From Spirochaetia bacterium (GTDB lineage: Bacteria; Spirochaetota; Spirochaetia; SZUA-6; Bin103), in contig CBDATQ010000002.1 of NCBI GenBank assembly GCA_965199955.1, positions 1,568,001 to 1,632,000 of the forward strand: a stretch of 64,000 nucleotides of DNA, written 5' to 3'. How positions within the stretch are numbered: position 1 is the first letter of the stretch; every line of letters starts with the position of its first letter. This document shows, in pieces, positions 33,637 to 43,998 of the stretch. Position numbers and translations under genes: made by a program. The notes below the pieces were generated by a model that saw only the letters and a list, made by a program, of their open reading frames with translations, was not told where the DNA came from and did no database searches.

Positions 33637-34575
33637 ATGGAACGAGGGGAGCCGGGATCCGTGACCATGGGCGCATCCGGGTTGCGCCTGCCGCGGATCG
33701 GTCTGGGCACCGGGCTGCACGGCGAGGTGTCGGAGCGGCGGTCGGTGGCCACCATCGAGCACGCCATGGAGCGCGGCGTGCGCTTCTTCGACACCGCTCC
33801 GCTGTACGGCAACGGGCTCGCCGAACAGCGGCTCGGCATCGCCCTGCGCGGCGTGCCGCGTGACAGCTACGTGCTCACTACCAAGGTGGGCATCCTCTCC
33901 GGAGGCGTGGCCGGCGACTTCGACTACGACTTCAGCGCGCCCGGCGTGGAGCGCTGCTTCGACCGCAGCCTGCGCCGGCTCGGCATTGAGCGCATCGACA
34001 TCCTACACCTGCATGAGCCTGAAGGGTTCGCCCAGCAGGTGCTGCGCGAAGCCCTGCCGCTGGTGGCGGGGTGGCGCGAGCAGGGCCTGATCGGCGCGGT
34101 GAGCGCCGGCGTCAACCACTGGCATATGGTGGAACCGTTCGTCGAGCACCTGGACTGCGTGCTGCTGGCGGGGCGCTACACGCTGCTGGAGCAGGGCGCG
34201 TTGCCGTTCCTGGATCGCCAGCGGCGCTCAGGGCGTCCGGTGCTCGGCGCCGGCATCTTCAACAGCGGCATCCTGGCCACCGGCCCGCGCGGCGGCACGC
34301 GATACAACTACCTTCCGGCACCGCCGGAGGTGCGGGAGCGGGTGGGCCGCCTCCAGCAGGTGTGCGAACGCCACGGAGTGGAGCTGCCGCACGCGGCGGT
34401 GCAGCTCGTGGCCGCGCAGCCGGCCATCGCCTCGTTGATCTTCGGCGCCTGCAGCCCGGCCGAGCTGGATCAGGCGCTGGCCGGCATGAGCGCAACCCCG
34501 CCGCCGGCCCTCTGGGCGGAACTGCGCGCGGCAGGGCTGCTCGAACCCGGTGCTCCGGTCCCCGAGCCAGGGTAG
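33637..34575 (+). CDS. Aldo/keto reductase
   Basis: FFDTAPLYGNGLAE, TTKVG, SLRRLGIERIDILHLHE, LAGRYTLLEQ, FNSGILA. Confidence 0.92.
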   Translation: MERGEPGSVTMGASGLRLPRIGLGTGLHGEVSERRSVATIEHAMERGVRFFDTAPLYGNGLAEQRLGIALRGVPRDSYVLTTKVGILSGGVAGDFDYDFSAPGVERCFDRSLRRLGIERIDILHLHEPEGFAQQVLREALPLVAGWREQGLIGAVSAGVNHWHMVEPFVEHLDCVLLAGRYTLLEQGALPFLDRQRRSGRPVLGAGIFNSGILATGPRGGTRYNYLPAPPEVRERVGRLQQVCERHGVELPHAAVQLVAAQPAIASLIFGACSPAELDQALAGMSATPPPALWAELRAAGLLEPGAPVPEPG

Positions 34576-34627
34576 CGAAGCCGGAAACTCGTAGTCTCCC
34601 GTTCCGCGCGAGTCGTATCATCGGCGC

Positions 34628-34772
34628 ATGAAACCGAACGTTGCCGTGCTCGGTGCCGGCGCGATGGGATCGCTGTTCGGCGGCACGCTCGCGGAGGGCG
34701 GCCTGGACGTGACCCTGATCGACGTCTGGCGCGACCACGTCGACGCCATCAACGACGGCGGCCTGCGCATCG
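34628..34772 (+). pseudogene. Ketopantoate reductase (PanE/ApbA) N-terminal stub
   Basis: MKPNVAVLGAGAMGSLFGGTLAEGGLDVTLIDVWRDHVDAINDGGLRI, then unrelated sequence. Confidence 0.75.
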
Positions 34773-35045
34773 CTTGTGCGCCTGGAAACAGCACGAATCG
34801 TATGTGTTGTAGATGAACAGCGTCGGCCGTGGGGCCATCAGGGCCGACAGGACGTCGTAGTCGGCGACCGTGCACAGGTCGGCGCGGGGAGCTGCTCGGC
34901 ATCGCCGATGTCCGCCCGATCGCGGCGGGCGAACACGGGCATGTGCCCGGCCACCGGAACCGCGACCGTGTGCCCAGAGGTCCGGCGCCGTCAGCACCAA
35001 GCCGAGCAGTGTCGCCGTGCACGACATGAGTATCCGGTTCGTCAT
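34770..35045 (-). pseudogene. Fused scraps: signal-peptide N-terminus plus alpha/beta-hydrolase fragment
   Basis: MTNRILMSCTATLLGLVLTAPDLWAH... joined to DLCTVADYDVLSALMAPRPTLFIYNTYDSCCF. Confidence 0.45.
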
Positions 35046-35182
35046 GGGATTCCTCCACCCGTTCGAGCGGGCGAAGTGACCGCCGGTCCGCCGCCTGCTC
35101 TCGTGTTGTGCCTGCAAGCGCAGTCGACGCTCAGACCCTTGCACGCCCGCGCAATGGCGTCAACGAAGGACGGCGGGAGGAT

Positions 35183-36016
35183 TCAGTACACCGGAAATCC
35201 CAGGACCGTGCGCTGCTCCAGGGTCAGCTCCGCGAGTTGCCGGTCGTCGAGCGCCTTGACCTCGGAGTAGTCGGGCGCGGCCGAGGTGACGCCGACCAGC
35301 CGCCTGGCGGCGTCGGACATGCGCTCGACGGCCGCCGGGGGCAGCATGCGGATGCTGTCGGTCTTGCCGCGCAGCCACGGGCGCAGGTAGTAGCCGATCA
35401 CCGTCCAGCGCGGCTCGTCGCCGCGGTTGATGCCGCCCTGGTGCCAGAGCGCGGCGTCCCAGACGATCGCGGACCCGGCGCGCGCCTCGACCTGCACGGC
35501 GCCGCTCGGGTCCAGGTCCGGGTCCGGCACCGCGCACGACCGGTGCGAGCCGGGCCAGAGCAGGGTGGCGCCATTGCTGTGGTCGAAGTCCACCAGGCAC
35601 CAGACCACGTTCAGCGCCATCGGGAAGTGCGTGCCGCCGGCGAACGGCAGCACCGTGTAGTCCTCGCGGTCGACGTGGACCTGGAACCCCTTGGCGGCGT
35701 CCCGCCGGCCCGTCGGCATGGGAACGCGGATGTTGCCGTCGTACAGCAGCGCGCCGTCGCCGAGCACGGCGCGCACGATGTCCATCACGGGCGGGTTGAG
35801 GTAGAATTCATAGAAGTGCGGGTGCTTGCCGACGATGGCGTGGGCGTTGCGCAGGTTGTCGGTCTGCGTGCCGGTGGAGCGGGCCACCGGCGCCTCGGCG
35901 TCGAGCAGCTCGCGCACGGCGCGGCGCGTGGCGGCGGTCTCCACCGCCGGCAGCGCGTCGGGCACGATGGTGTAGCCCCGCTCGGCCAGCTCCGCGAGCC
36001 GGGCGTCGAGGGTCAT
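35183..36016 (-). CDS. PhyH family dioxygenase
   Basis: ERGYTIVPD, VHVD, WCLVDF...NGATLLWPGSH, AGSAIVWDAALWHQGG. Confidence 0.9.
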   Translation of the reverse strand: MTLDARLAELAERGYTIVPDALPAVETAATRRAVRELLDAEAPVARSTGTQTDNLRNAHAIVGKHPHFYEFYLNPPVMDIVRAVLGDGALLYDGNIRVPMPTGRRDAAKGFQVHVDREDYTVLPFAGGTHFPMALNVVWCLVDFDHSNGATLLWPGSHRSCAVPDPDLDPSGAVQVEARAGSAIVWDAALWHQGGINRGDEPRWTVIGYYLRPWLRGKTDSIRMLPPAAVERMSDAARRLVGVTSAAPDYSEVKALDDRQLAELTLEQRTVLGFPVY

Positions 36017-36023
36017 CGGTCGG

Positions 36024-36947
36024 TCAGCTCCGGAAGCCTTCGGCCTCGTAGAACCCGCGCGACTGGTCGACGGTGCGCTCGGTCTCCTTCAGGAAGCCGA
36101 GCAGGCCGTCCAGGACCTCGGACAAGTCAGGGCGGTTGGGATTGGCCGCGCCGCCCTGCAGGATCGCCTGTGTGGTCTTGGGCAGGTACGTGCACAGGTA
36201 GCCGTCGTAGCCGATCCCCTTGAGGATCCTGAAGATCTCCTGGTAGTCGCCGTGGCCGGTGCCGTGCTGGCAGTGGTTGGTCTCGTTGAGGTGGAAATGC
36301 CTGATGTGGCGGCCGGCCTGGCGCAGCGCGTCCGGGATCGAGCCTTCCTCGACGTTCATGTGGTAGACGTCCGGCTGGACGCCGAGGTTGTCCAGCCCCA
36401 GCTCTTCGATGTAGTTGACCGCCTCGTAGAGGGTGGTCAGCACCTCCGGAAGTCCCTCGTAGGTGTTCAGCGGCTCCAGCAGGATGGTGATGCCGCGCGG
36501 CGCCGCGTGCGCGCAGATCTCCCGGATCGACTGGCGGAAGCTGTCGCGCAGCGCCGCCACCGGCTCGACCGGGAAGGGGAGTTGCGGGACCGCCGGCTGC
36601 GCGGCGCAGAGCTCCGTGTAGCTGGCTCCCAGGTCCGCCGCCAGGTCGACGACGTCCTTGGCGTACTGCACGGCGCTGGCGCGCTTGGCGGGGTCGGTGC
36701 TGGCCAGGTTGCGCTCCTCGCCCGCGTGGTAGTAGCCCCAGGCGGCGAGCACCTCCGGAATTGCCAGGCCGTAGTCCTCGGCCCGCTTCCGCCATTCGCG
36801 GGCATCCACCGCCTGCGGGTTGCCGGGCAGGTCGACGCCGTCGTAACCGGCCTCCCTGGCTGCTCGGAGCACCACGTCGGGCTCCTTGAGCACGTGGTAG
36901 CCGACCCACTCGAGGGTGTCGCACTGCAGGCTGTACTTGAAGGACAT
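36024..36947 (-). CDS. Sugar phosphate isomerase/epimerase (xylose isomerase-like TIM barrel)
   Basis: GYDGVD, LEPLNTYE, DVYHMNVEE, HFHLNETN, GYDGY. Confidence 0.88.
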   Translation of the reverse strand: MSFKYSLQCDTLEWVGYHVLKEPDVVLRAAREAGYDGVDLPGNPQAVDAREWRKRAEDYGLAIPEVLAAWGYYHAGEERNLASTDPAKRASAVQYAKDVVDLAADLGASYTELCAAQPAVPQLPFPVEPVAALRDSFRQSIREICAHAAPRGITILLEPLNTYEGLPEVLTTLYEAVNYIEELGLDNLGVQPDVYHMNVEEGSIPDALRQAGRHIRHFHLNETNHCQHGTGHGDYQEIFRILKGIGYDGYLCTYLPKTTQAILQGGAANPNRPDLSEVLDGLLGFLKETERTVDQSRGFYEAEGFRS

Positions 36948-37050
36948 GCGGGCGATTCTACCCGATGGCATCGGAAACAGAGAGGCCGCACCACCACTTT
37001 CGTGCCAGGACGGTGTGATGGTGCGGCCGCGACCGAGGGCTGGCGCGGGC

Positions 37051-38649
37051 CTACAGGCCCATCTCCTTCGCCTTGGCCGTGATCGCCGCCACGGCGTCCG
37101 CGTAGCCGTTGGCGTTCCACTCGTCGATCATCTCCTGGTACAGCTCCTCGTTGGACTTGCCGGAGTCATCGATGATGAACCGGGCCCAGGAGGCGCCGGC
37201 GTCGATGGTCAGGTTCTGCTTCTCGGGAACGTCGATCGCCTGCACGGCGGGAATCGCCGGCGTGTCCTTGCCGCCGACCGAGTGGAACCATTCGATCTCG
37301 GCGATGGAAGCGTTCCGGACCTCCGCGGGGATCTTCGGGTTGACGTACTGCACGTTGTCCTCGGGCCAGTTGGCCAGGTAGGAGAAGCCGCCGGCAGCGC
37401 TCATGATCGGGTAGAGATCGCTCGCGACCAGCAGGTTGCCGTCCGCGTCGGTCTTCAGCGGCACGATTTCGGCGCCGTCCATGCGGTAGTCCTGCCCCTC
37501 GTGACCGAACATGACCGTCATGGTCCCTTCCGTGCTGTACAACCAGTCGTAGAGGTCCAGGATGCGGCTCAGCTTCTCGTCGTCGACGGTGCCGGCGATG
37601 AAGCTCTCCGACCAGAAGCCGGTCTCCCCGGCGCGGCCGATGGCGTGGACGTCGTAGCCGTCGACCAGGAAGGGGCGCAGCACCTTCACGTGATCGAAGA
37701 AGTCCCGGTCCGGATTGAACTGCTTCCAGCGCTCCATGAACCCGTTGTAGTGCACGGGCACGGACTGGAAGTTGGTCAGGCCCGCCTTGTCGGTGGCGAA
37801 CAGATCGGCCGAGTCCCAGCCCCCGGTGTTCAGAATGAAGTCGGGATCCAGGCCGCCGCGCTGGTAGAGCTCGCGCAGGAAGCTGAACAGCTCGAACGCC
37901 GCGTGGGTCGTGGTGCCCAAGTGGTACTCGTCGCCGACCTTGACCCAACTTCCGTCGGTGTAACCGTAGCCGAACGTCTGGCTGTAGAAGGGCCAGATCG
38001 CCCGCAGGCTGAAGCCCATCGTGTCGTCCTCGCCATTGCCGTCCGGATCGTCGGTGGCGAACCGCACGCACATCTCGATGAACTCCTCGGCGGTCTGCGG
38101 ATCGTCGATGCCGAGCTTCTCCATCCAGTCCTTGCGCACGAACAGGGTGCGGCTGCCCCAGGACAGGTTGGAAGTGGCCAGCTCAGGGTGACTGGAAGGC
38201 AGGACCTTCGCGCCGCCGCGCGGCAGCGCGTAGGTGCGGCCGTCGACGTCATACTCCCGCACGCCGGTGTTGTTGATCGTCCACTCAAGGTCCGGCCAGG
38301 CCGAGAGGTCTTCCGGCAGAGCGCGGACGACACCGTCCTCGATCCACTGGAAATACCGGCCGGTGCCGATGTGGGCCATGAAGAACACGTCGGGAAGGGT
38401 CGCCGAAGCCGCCCAGGTGTTGATCTTGGTCTCCAGGTTCCCCCAGTTGTAGTCCTTGGGAGTGAGGGTTATGTTGAACCGCTCCTCGATCCAGTCGCGC
38501 ATCGGATCTTCGGCTCCCTCCGGGAACGCCGCACCGATGGCGATGCTCCCGAGGGTTACCTCGATCCGCTCTTCGTCCGCGAAGCCGAGTGTCGCGACCA
38601 CCAGTAGCTGGACGAATACGATTGCCAGCAGCTTGATGAGTCTTCTCAT
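37051..38649 (-). CDS. Carbohydrate ABC transporter solute-binding protein
   Basis: Signal peptide MRRLIKLLAIVF..., IEERFNI, ASATLPDVF, RKDWMEKLG, DPDGNGEDDT. Confidence 0.9.
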   Translation of the reverse strand: MRRLIKLLAIVFVQLLVVATLGFADEERIEVTLGSIAIGAAFPEGAEDPMRDWIEERFNITLTPKDYNWGNLETKINTWAASATLPDVFFMAHIGTGRYFQWIEDGVVRALPEDLSAWPDLEWTINNTGVREYDVDGRTYALPRGGAKVLPSSHPELATSNLSWGSRTLFVRKDWMEKLGIDDPQTAEEFIEMCVRFATDDPDGNGEDDTMGFSLRAIWPFYSQTFGYGYTDGSWVKVGDEYHLGTTTHAAFELFSFLRELYQRGGLDPDFILNTGGWDSADLFATDKAGLTNFQSVPVHYNGFMERWKQFNPDRDFFDHVKVLRPFLVDGYDVHAIGRAGETGFWSESFIAGTVDDEKLSRILDLYDWLYSTEGTMTVMFGHEGQDYRMDGAEIVPLKTDADGNLLVASDLYPIMSAAGGFSYLANWPEDNVQYVNPKIPAEVRNASIAEIEWFHSVGGKDTPAIPAVQAIDVPEKQNLTIDAGASWARFIIDDSGKSNEELYQEMIDEWNANGYADAVAAITAKAKEMGL

Positions 38650-38702
38650 CGTAGCCTCCTGCCTTGTTTTTTTTCGGGCATGCGCCCGACTAAGGTCCAT
38701 GT

Positions 38703-39653
38703 CTATGCCTTTATCGCACCGATCATGATGCCCCGTGCAAAGTACTTCTGCACGAAGGGATACACGAGGAGGATAGGCAGGGTCGCGATCGCGACCGTGG
38801 CCATCTGTACTGACAGCCGGTAATAGTGCCTGCCGAACATCACCGACACGCGGTCGAGGCGGTACGCCATATCCTGCTCGATGACGATCTTGCGCAGCAG
38901 AAGCTGCAGCGGATACTTGTAGGGGTCCTGCAGGAAGAGCATCGGAAACCACCAGTCGTTCCAGAACGTGACCGCGTAGAAGAGCGATATCGTCGCCATG
39001 ATCGGGGCGGCGATCGGGATCACGATCCGGAACATGATGAGAATGTCGTTGGCCCCGTCGATCTTCGCCGACTCCTCCAGAGACTCCGGGATGGTCAGGA
39101 AATAGTTCTTCATGAGGATGAGAAAGAACGTGTTGACGGCCAGCGGGAGGATCATCACCAGGTAGCTGTCGACGAAGCCAAGGTCCTGCATCACCAGGTA
39201 GAGGGGGATGAGCCCGCCCGAGAAGAACATGGTGATGATGATGTAGGTGAAGATGGCGTTGCGTCCCGGCAGGCCCTTCTTCGACAGCGCGTAGGCGGCC
39301 GAGGTGGTCACCAGCATGCTCACCGCGGTGCCGACGATGGTGACCACGGTGCTGACCAGGAACGCCCGCGGTATCGTGTCGTCCTCGAAGATCAGCTCGT
39401 AGGACGCCAGATCGATATGCTTGGGGATGAGGTAGAAGGCGCCGCCGGCCACGTCCTGGTAGCGTGCGAACGAGACCACCAGCATGTAATAGAACGGCAC
39501 GACCGTGAGCACCAGGAGCAGCAGCAGCACGGCGTGGATGACGGCGTCCGCGATCCTTCCGCCGAGGTCCCGCGTGCGCGCATACGCCCTGCCGCGTTCC
39601 CGGAACCCTCCGGCAGGAGCTTGACGATCGACGCCGAGCAGACGGTCTGCCAC
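38703..39653 (-). CDS. Carbohydrate ABC transporter permease
   Basis: TMFFSGGLIP, SLEESAKIDGA (EAA loop), YPFVQKYF..GIMIGAIK. Confidence 0.93.
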   Translation of the reverse strand: MADRLLGVDRQAPAGGFRERGRAYARTRDLGGRIADAVIHAVLLLLLVLTVVPFYYMLVVSFARYQDVAGGAFYLIPKHIDLASYELIFEDDTIPRAFLVSTVVTIVGTAVSMLVTTSAAYALSKKGLPGRNAIFTYIIITMFFSGGLIPLYLVMQDLGFVDSYLVMILPLAVNTFFLILMKNYFLTIPESLEESAKIDGANDILIMFRIVIPIAAPIMATISLFYAVTFWNDWWFPMLFLQDPYKYPLQLLLRKIVIEQDMAYRLDRVSVMFGRHYYRLSVQMATVAIATLPILLVYPFVQKYFARGIMIGAIKA

Positions 39654-39666
39654 GTCCGCGGTCTCC

Positions 39667-40677
39667 CTAGAACAGCCCTTGCTGGCCGAGCAGCCTGGCG
39701 CCCCAGTTGGCGGCGAGCAGCAGGACGAAGTTGATGACCGACTTGAACAGACCCACCGCGGTGGTGAAGCCGAAGTTCTTGGGCTCCCAGAACGACATCC
39801 GGAACACGTAAGTGTCGATGATGTCCGCGACCTCATACACGGCCGGATTCATCATGTTGAGGATCTGGTCGAAGCCGGCGTTGAGGATGTTGCCGACCTG
39901 CAGGATGAGCAGGATGACGGCCGTCGTCGTGATGCCCGGCCAGGTGATATGGAGCATGCTCTTCCAGCGCCCCGCTCCGTCGATGGTCGCCGCCTCGTAG
40001 AGCTGCGGATCGATGCCGGCGATCGCCGCCAGGAAGATGATCGATCCCCAGCCGACGCTCTTCCAGATCTCCGTGCCCACCAGGAGGCCGCGGAACAGGG
40101 AGGTGTCGGTCAGAAACTGGCTCTTCGAGCCGCCCAGCATGACGACGAACTGGTTGAGGGCGCCGTTGGTGCTGAGGATCCCGAGCAGGACGCCTGCGAC
40201 CAGGACCCAGGAGAGAAAGTGCGGAAACGTGTAGACGGTCTGATACACGCGCTTGAGTCCGTTGCGCTGCACCTCGTTCATCAGCAGCGCCAGGATGATC
40301 GGCGCGGGGAAGCCGAACAGGATGCGGTAGAAGCTGATCAGGAGCGTGTTCCTGAAGGCCCGCCAGAAGTCGGGCCGTCCCCACAGCATCTCGAACCACT
40401 GCAGCCCGACCCACTTCATGTTCATGAACTGGCCGACGTAACTGAGCAGCGGCACGTCGCCGAGCGCGCTGGGCGTGTTGAACCGGTAGTGCTTGAAGGC
40501 CAGCACGATCCCGTACATGGGGACGTAGTTGAAGACGAAGTAGAACAGGACCGCCGGCAGCAGCAGAATGTAGAAGTACTTGTAGCGCTCCAGCCGCGCG
40601 CCGAGGCGGACGGTCGCGACCGCCGGCGCTACGCGGGCATGGACGGATGAGGCTCCATCCTTCTTGGTCGTGAGCAT
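39667..40677 (-). CDS. Carbohydrate ABC transporter permease (LplB-like)
   Basis: YVPMYG, PHFLSWV, WKSVGWGSII, LYEAATIDGA, DIIDTYV. Confidence 0.93.
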   Translation of the reverse strand: MLTTKKDGASSVHARVAPAVATVRLGARLERYKYFYILLLPAVLFYFVFNYVPMYGIVLAFKHYRFNTPSALGDVPLLSYVGQFMNMKWVGLQWFEMLWGRPDFWRAFRNTLLISFYRILFGFPAPIILALLMNEVQRNGLKRVYQTVYTFPHFLSWVLVAGVLLGILSTNGALNQFVVMLGGSKSQFLTDTSLFRGLLVGTEIWKSVGWGSIIFLAAIAGIDPQLYEAATIDGAGRWKSMLHITWPGITTTAVILLILQVGNILNAGFDQILNMMNPAVYEVADIIDTYVFRMSFWEPKNFGFTTAVGLFKSVINFVLLLAANWGARLLGQQGLF

Positions 40678-40769
40678 GACCGCCACCGAACAGGAATCAT
40701 GGCCGGGTCCGTCCGCGCGGACCATGGTACCGGTGTCACGTCGTCGCCGGACTGGTACCGGAGTACCGA

Positions 40770-41462
40770 TCAGGGTGTGCGCAGGACGTCCTTGGCAGCC
40801 CGCTTGGCGTGTGTGCGGTCGCCGACGCCGAGCTTGGTGTAGATGACGCTGACGTGGTTGCGGACGGTCTGCTCGGCGATGAACAGGCGTTCGGCGATCT
40901 CCCGGTTGTCGAAGTCGCGCAGCAGCAGGTGCAGGATCTCGGCCTCGCGCCGGGTCAGGCGCTCGAACTTCGACTGGATGAAGTTGAGCTCCCCCTGGTA
41001 CCGGGCGGCGTCGCGCTGGCCCATCTGCACGCCCTTCCGGGCTCGCTGTACGAGCTTGTAGCCCACCGCCGGGGACACGAAGTAGTCGCCGGCATGCACG
41101 GCCCGGATGGCGGTCACGAGCTGGTCGGGCTTGACGTTCTTGAGCACGTAGCCGATCGCGCCGGCGTCCAGGGCGCTGAACACGTAGTCGTCGTCGTCGA
41201 AGGTGGTGAGGACCAGGATCTTGATGTCGGGGTGCTGCCGGTGGATCGCCCGCGTCGCCTCCGTGCCGTCCATCACCGGCATGCGGACGTCCATCAGGAT
41301 GACGTCCGGGCGCAGGCGCTCGGCCATGCGGACGGCATGGCTGCCGTTCTCGGCGATCCCGGCCACCGTGATCTCGTCCCTCCCGTAGGTGCGGAGGATG
41401 ATGTCGATGCCGTGGGCGAACAGCCGCTGGTCGTCAGCGATAAGAACCTTGATCCGATCCAA
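40770..41462 (-). CDS. NarL/LuxR family response regulator
   Basis: IADDQ, ILMDVRMP, LTTFDDD, LTRREAEIL...NREIAERLFIAEQTVRNH. Confidence 0.93.
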   Translation of the reverse strand: MDRIKVLIADDQRLFAHGIDIILRTYGRDEITVAGIAENGSHAVRMAERLRPDVILMDVRMPVMDGTEATRAIHRQHPDIKILVLTTFDDDDYVFSALDAGAIGYVLKNVKPDQLVTAIRAVHAGDYFVSPAVGYKLVQRARKGVQMGQRDAARYQGELNFIQSKFERLTRREAEILHLLLRDFDNREIAERLFIAEQTVRNHVSVIYTKLGVGDRTHAKRAAKDVLRTP

Positions 41463-42720
41463 TGATGTCTCCCATCGCGTACGGAATGGTGCCCGCGAGC
41501 TGGAACCCGTCGGCGACGTTGCGCGCCGTGATCGTGCCGCCGAGCTCCGCGAACCGCTCGCGCATGCCGGACATGCCGATGCCGTCCTGGACGGCGCCGT
41601 CCGCCGGGAGGCCGCTGCCGTTGTCCCACACGGAGACGCGGATCTCCGCGTCCGCCCGCCACATGGTAATGCGTACGCGGGAGGCGTTGCCGTGCCGGAA
41701 CGCGTTGGTCAGGCCCTCCTGCACCAGGCGGAACAGCACGGAGTCGATGCGCGGTCCGAGCGTCGGCGGCAGGTTGCCCACGTGCAGCTCGACCGACAGG
41801 CCCATCGCCTCCTCGAACGAGCGCGTGAGCTGGAAGATGGCGTCGATCCCCTTGCGCTCGAATTGCTCGACGGAGCGCAGCAGGTGCAGGATCTGCCGCG
41901 TGTCGTCGAGCGCCAGCTCGCTCTGCGCGCGCACGTCGTCCAGCAGGGTGTCGAGCGATTCCGGCTCCTCGCGAGCGCGCGCCTTGGCCGCGTCCATCAT
42001 GACGATGACGTTGGTCAGCGCGTAGCCGACGGTGTCGTGCAGCTCGCGGGTGATGCGGCTGCGCTCCTCGGCGGCGCTCTCCGACTTGACCGTCCCGGCG
42101 TATGCCTGGAACTCCCGGTTCGCATGGGCCAGGCGCCCGATCGTGGAGTCCAGGCTGCGCACGCGCGCGGTGAGGTCGACCACGCGCTCGCGATGGAACG
42201 CGGCGGCCCAGCCGAGCCCGGCGGGCAACCCGGTGACCAGCGCGAACGTCGCCAGGTACTGGACGAGTGCCGGCGGCCCGGCCGGCGCCCGCGCTGCCAG
42301 GACGGCCAGGGCCGCGGCGAAGAACGCGCCGGCCAGCGCCATGCCGACACGGTCGTCGTCGTAGAGCGCCGGCTCGATCAGGAGCGGAGCCACCAGCAGC
42401 GCCGGCACGAAGACCGGCGGCCCGTCCAGCAGCGCGATCGCGATCAGCACGGCGGAGGCCCGCGCGACGCTGACGGCCCGCACCCGCACGGCGCGGCGCA
42501 TCGCGAACATGATTACCGCCAGCGCCGCCGACGCGGCGAGCGGCAGGTAGAGCTGGAGGCGTGCGGCCTCGGCCACACCGCCGGCGGCGACCCAGGAGAC
42601 GCACATGGCGTGTGCCGCGAGCGTGGTGAGCAGCAACACGAAGGAGAGCCGCCTCCCGGTCACGGTGTCGCTCAGGAGCTGCCAGCCGTGCTGCAGCCAC
42701 CGAGCGGGAATCCCCGTCAT
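41434..42720 (-). CDS. Membrane sensor histidine kinase (HisKA_3 type)
   Basis: ERSRITRELHDTVG, QEGLTNAFRHG, DNGSG, GMSGMRER; N-terminal TM segments. Confidence 0.92.
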   Translation of the reverse strand: MTGIPARWLQHGWQLLSDTVTGRRLSFVLLLTTLAAHAMCVSWVAAGGVAEAARLQLYLPLAASAALAVIMFAMRRAVRVRAVSVARASAVLIAIALLDGPPVFVPALLVAPLLIEPALYDDDRVGMALAGAFFAAALAVLAARAPAGPPALVQYLATFALVTGLPAGLGWAAAFHRERVVDLTARVRSLDSTIGRLAHANREFQAYAGTVKSESAAEERSRITRELHDTVGYALTNVIVMMDAAKARAREEPESLDTLLDDVRAQSELALDDTRQILHLLRSVEQFERKGIDAIFQLTRSFEEAMGLSVELHVGNLPPTLGPRIDSVLFRLVQEGLTNAFRHGNASRVRITMWRADAEIRVSVWDNGSGLPADGAVQDGIGMSGMRERFAELGGTITARNVADGFQLAGTIPYAMGDIIGSDQGSYR

Positions 42721-42803
42721 CCGGAGGTACGTTATAGCAGAAGACCGTGCGGACACCTGAGTTGCCGGCTCGTCACGACCCGTGAGGTCGAAGTCCGTGT
42801 CTG

Positions 42804-43034
42804 ATGCCTCCGGTCCCTATTCTTCGCCCGCGTGAGGTGGTCGGCGCTTTCGAGGAGTTCGGCTGGCAGGTGGCTCGTCAGCGTGGGAATCACATCATCC
42901 TGACACGGGACGGGCACATCGCGACACTCTCGGTGCCCAACCATCGAACGGTTGCCCGTGGCACGCACCGAAGTCTCATCAGCCGAGCCGATCTGACGGT
43001 CGACGAGTTCCTCGATGCGGCGACGGGACGGTAG
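42804..43034 (+). CDS. HicA family toxin (upstream HicB reduced to its last codons)
   Basis: REVVGAFEEFGWQVARQRGNHIIL...LSVPNH..VARGT; preceded by ...LVTTREVEVRV* with TGATG overlap. Confidence 0.8.
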   Translation: MPPVPILRPREVVGAFEEFGWQVARQRGNHIILTRDGHIATLSVPNHRTVARGTHRSLISRADLTVDEFLDAATGR

Positions 43035-43099
43035 AGTCTGCCCCGACGGTCGCGGTTGCGGGCAGCCGGCCGCGGCGCGCGAGTTGCGGGGTCTGGTCG

Positions 43100-43812
43100 G
43101 TCCAGGCGTGGAAAGGCGCGGTAGAGGAGCGCCAGCGCCCTTCCGGGTGGCGTTCAGGATCCGCCGAAACGTGGTTCCTTCAGCGCTGAGTCGCCGCTGC
43201 AGCGTCCGGGTGCTCATCGCCAGGTCTTGAGCAACCGCCCCCATCGACCCGGCGCCCGCGGGGAGCAGCTCCAGCAGGGAGGCCCGGACGCGCTCTTCGT
43301 GCTATGTGCCGGTCTCCGTTGCGGACAGCCGCCGGCGCAGCTCGGGTTCGAAGAAGTCCCACATCCGGTCGTTCGCGGTCAGAAAAGGACGGGCCGCGTC
43401 CCGCGCTGAGAACGCAACCGTCCACGCAGGACCCTTCGTCACCGCCACTCCGAGGTAGTCGCGGTAGGCGTCGGCGTCTTCCGGGGATCGGGCGACGTCA
43501 CGCGGACCGGACGGATCGGTGCGCGCGTGCAGAGCCGGGCCAGTGTGACCCAGAACACCAGCTCGGCTGTGGATAGCGACCGGGGCGGCTGCACATCCGG
43601 AGGTCAGACGATCCGGAGACCAGTCTCGGTCTGGGACTGAGCCACCGCCAGCCGCATCGGGCCGATCGGTTTCTTGCGCTGCGCGAGCCGGCGGGCAGCA
43701 ACGTTCAGGTTCGGGCTGCAGGTGGCCGCGAACAGGGGCGGCTCGAACGACTCGAACGAGATCGCCCGTCCGATCGCCAGCGGAAGCAGGGGATCGCCCG
43801 ACTCGGCCTCGA
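43100..43812 (-). pseudogene. AraC family regulator pseudogene
   Basis: FEPPLFAATCSPNLNVAARRL and VAQDLAMSTRTLQRRLSAEGTTFRRIL in different frames. Confidence 0.7.
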
Positions 43813-43814
43813 GC

Positions 43815-43857
43815 CCCCGATGCCTGACGACGCCCCGGTAACCAGTACGGTCTTCAT
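43815..43857 (-). pseudogene. SDR N-terminal stub
   Basis: GGAGAG RBS then MKTVLVTGASSGIG, fused to the AraC remnant. Confidence 0.6.
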
Positions 43858-43998
43858 CAAGACTCTCCTTTGCTCCGCTGTGGTCGGAACATACGGACCA
43901 CACACGTCCCTGTCACCGGCGAATGGAGCCATCGCAGAGACAGAACGCGCCAATCCTGATCTGTTGCCGTTCCTCGAGGCGCTGTGGACAATGGGGGG

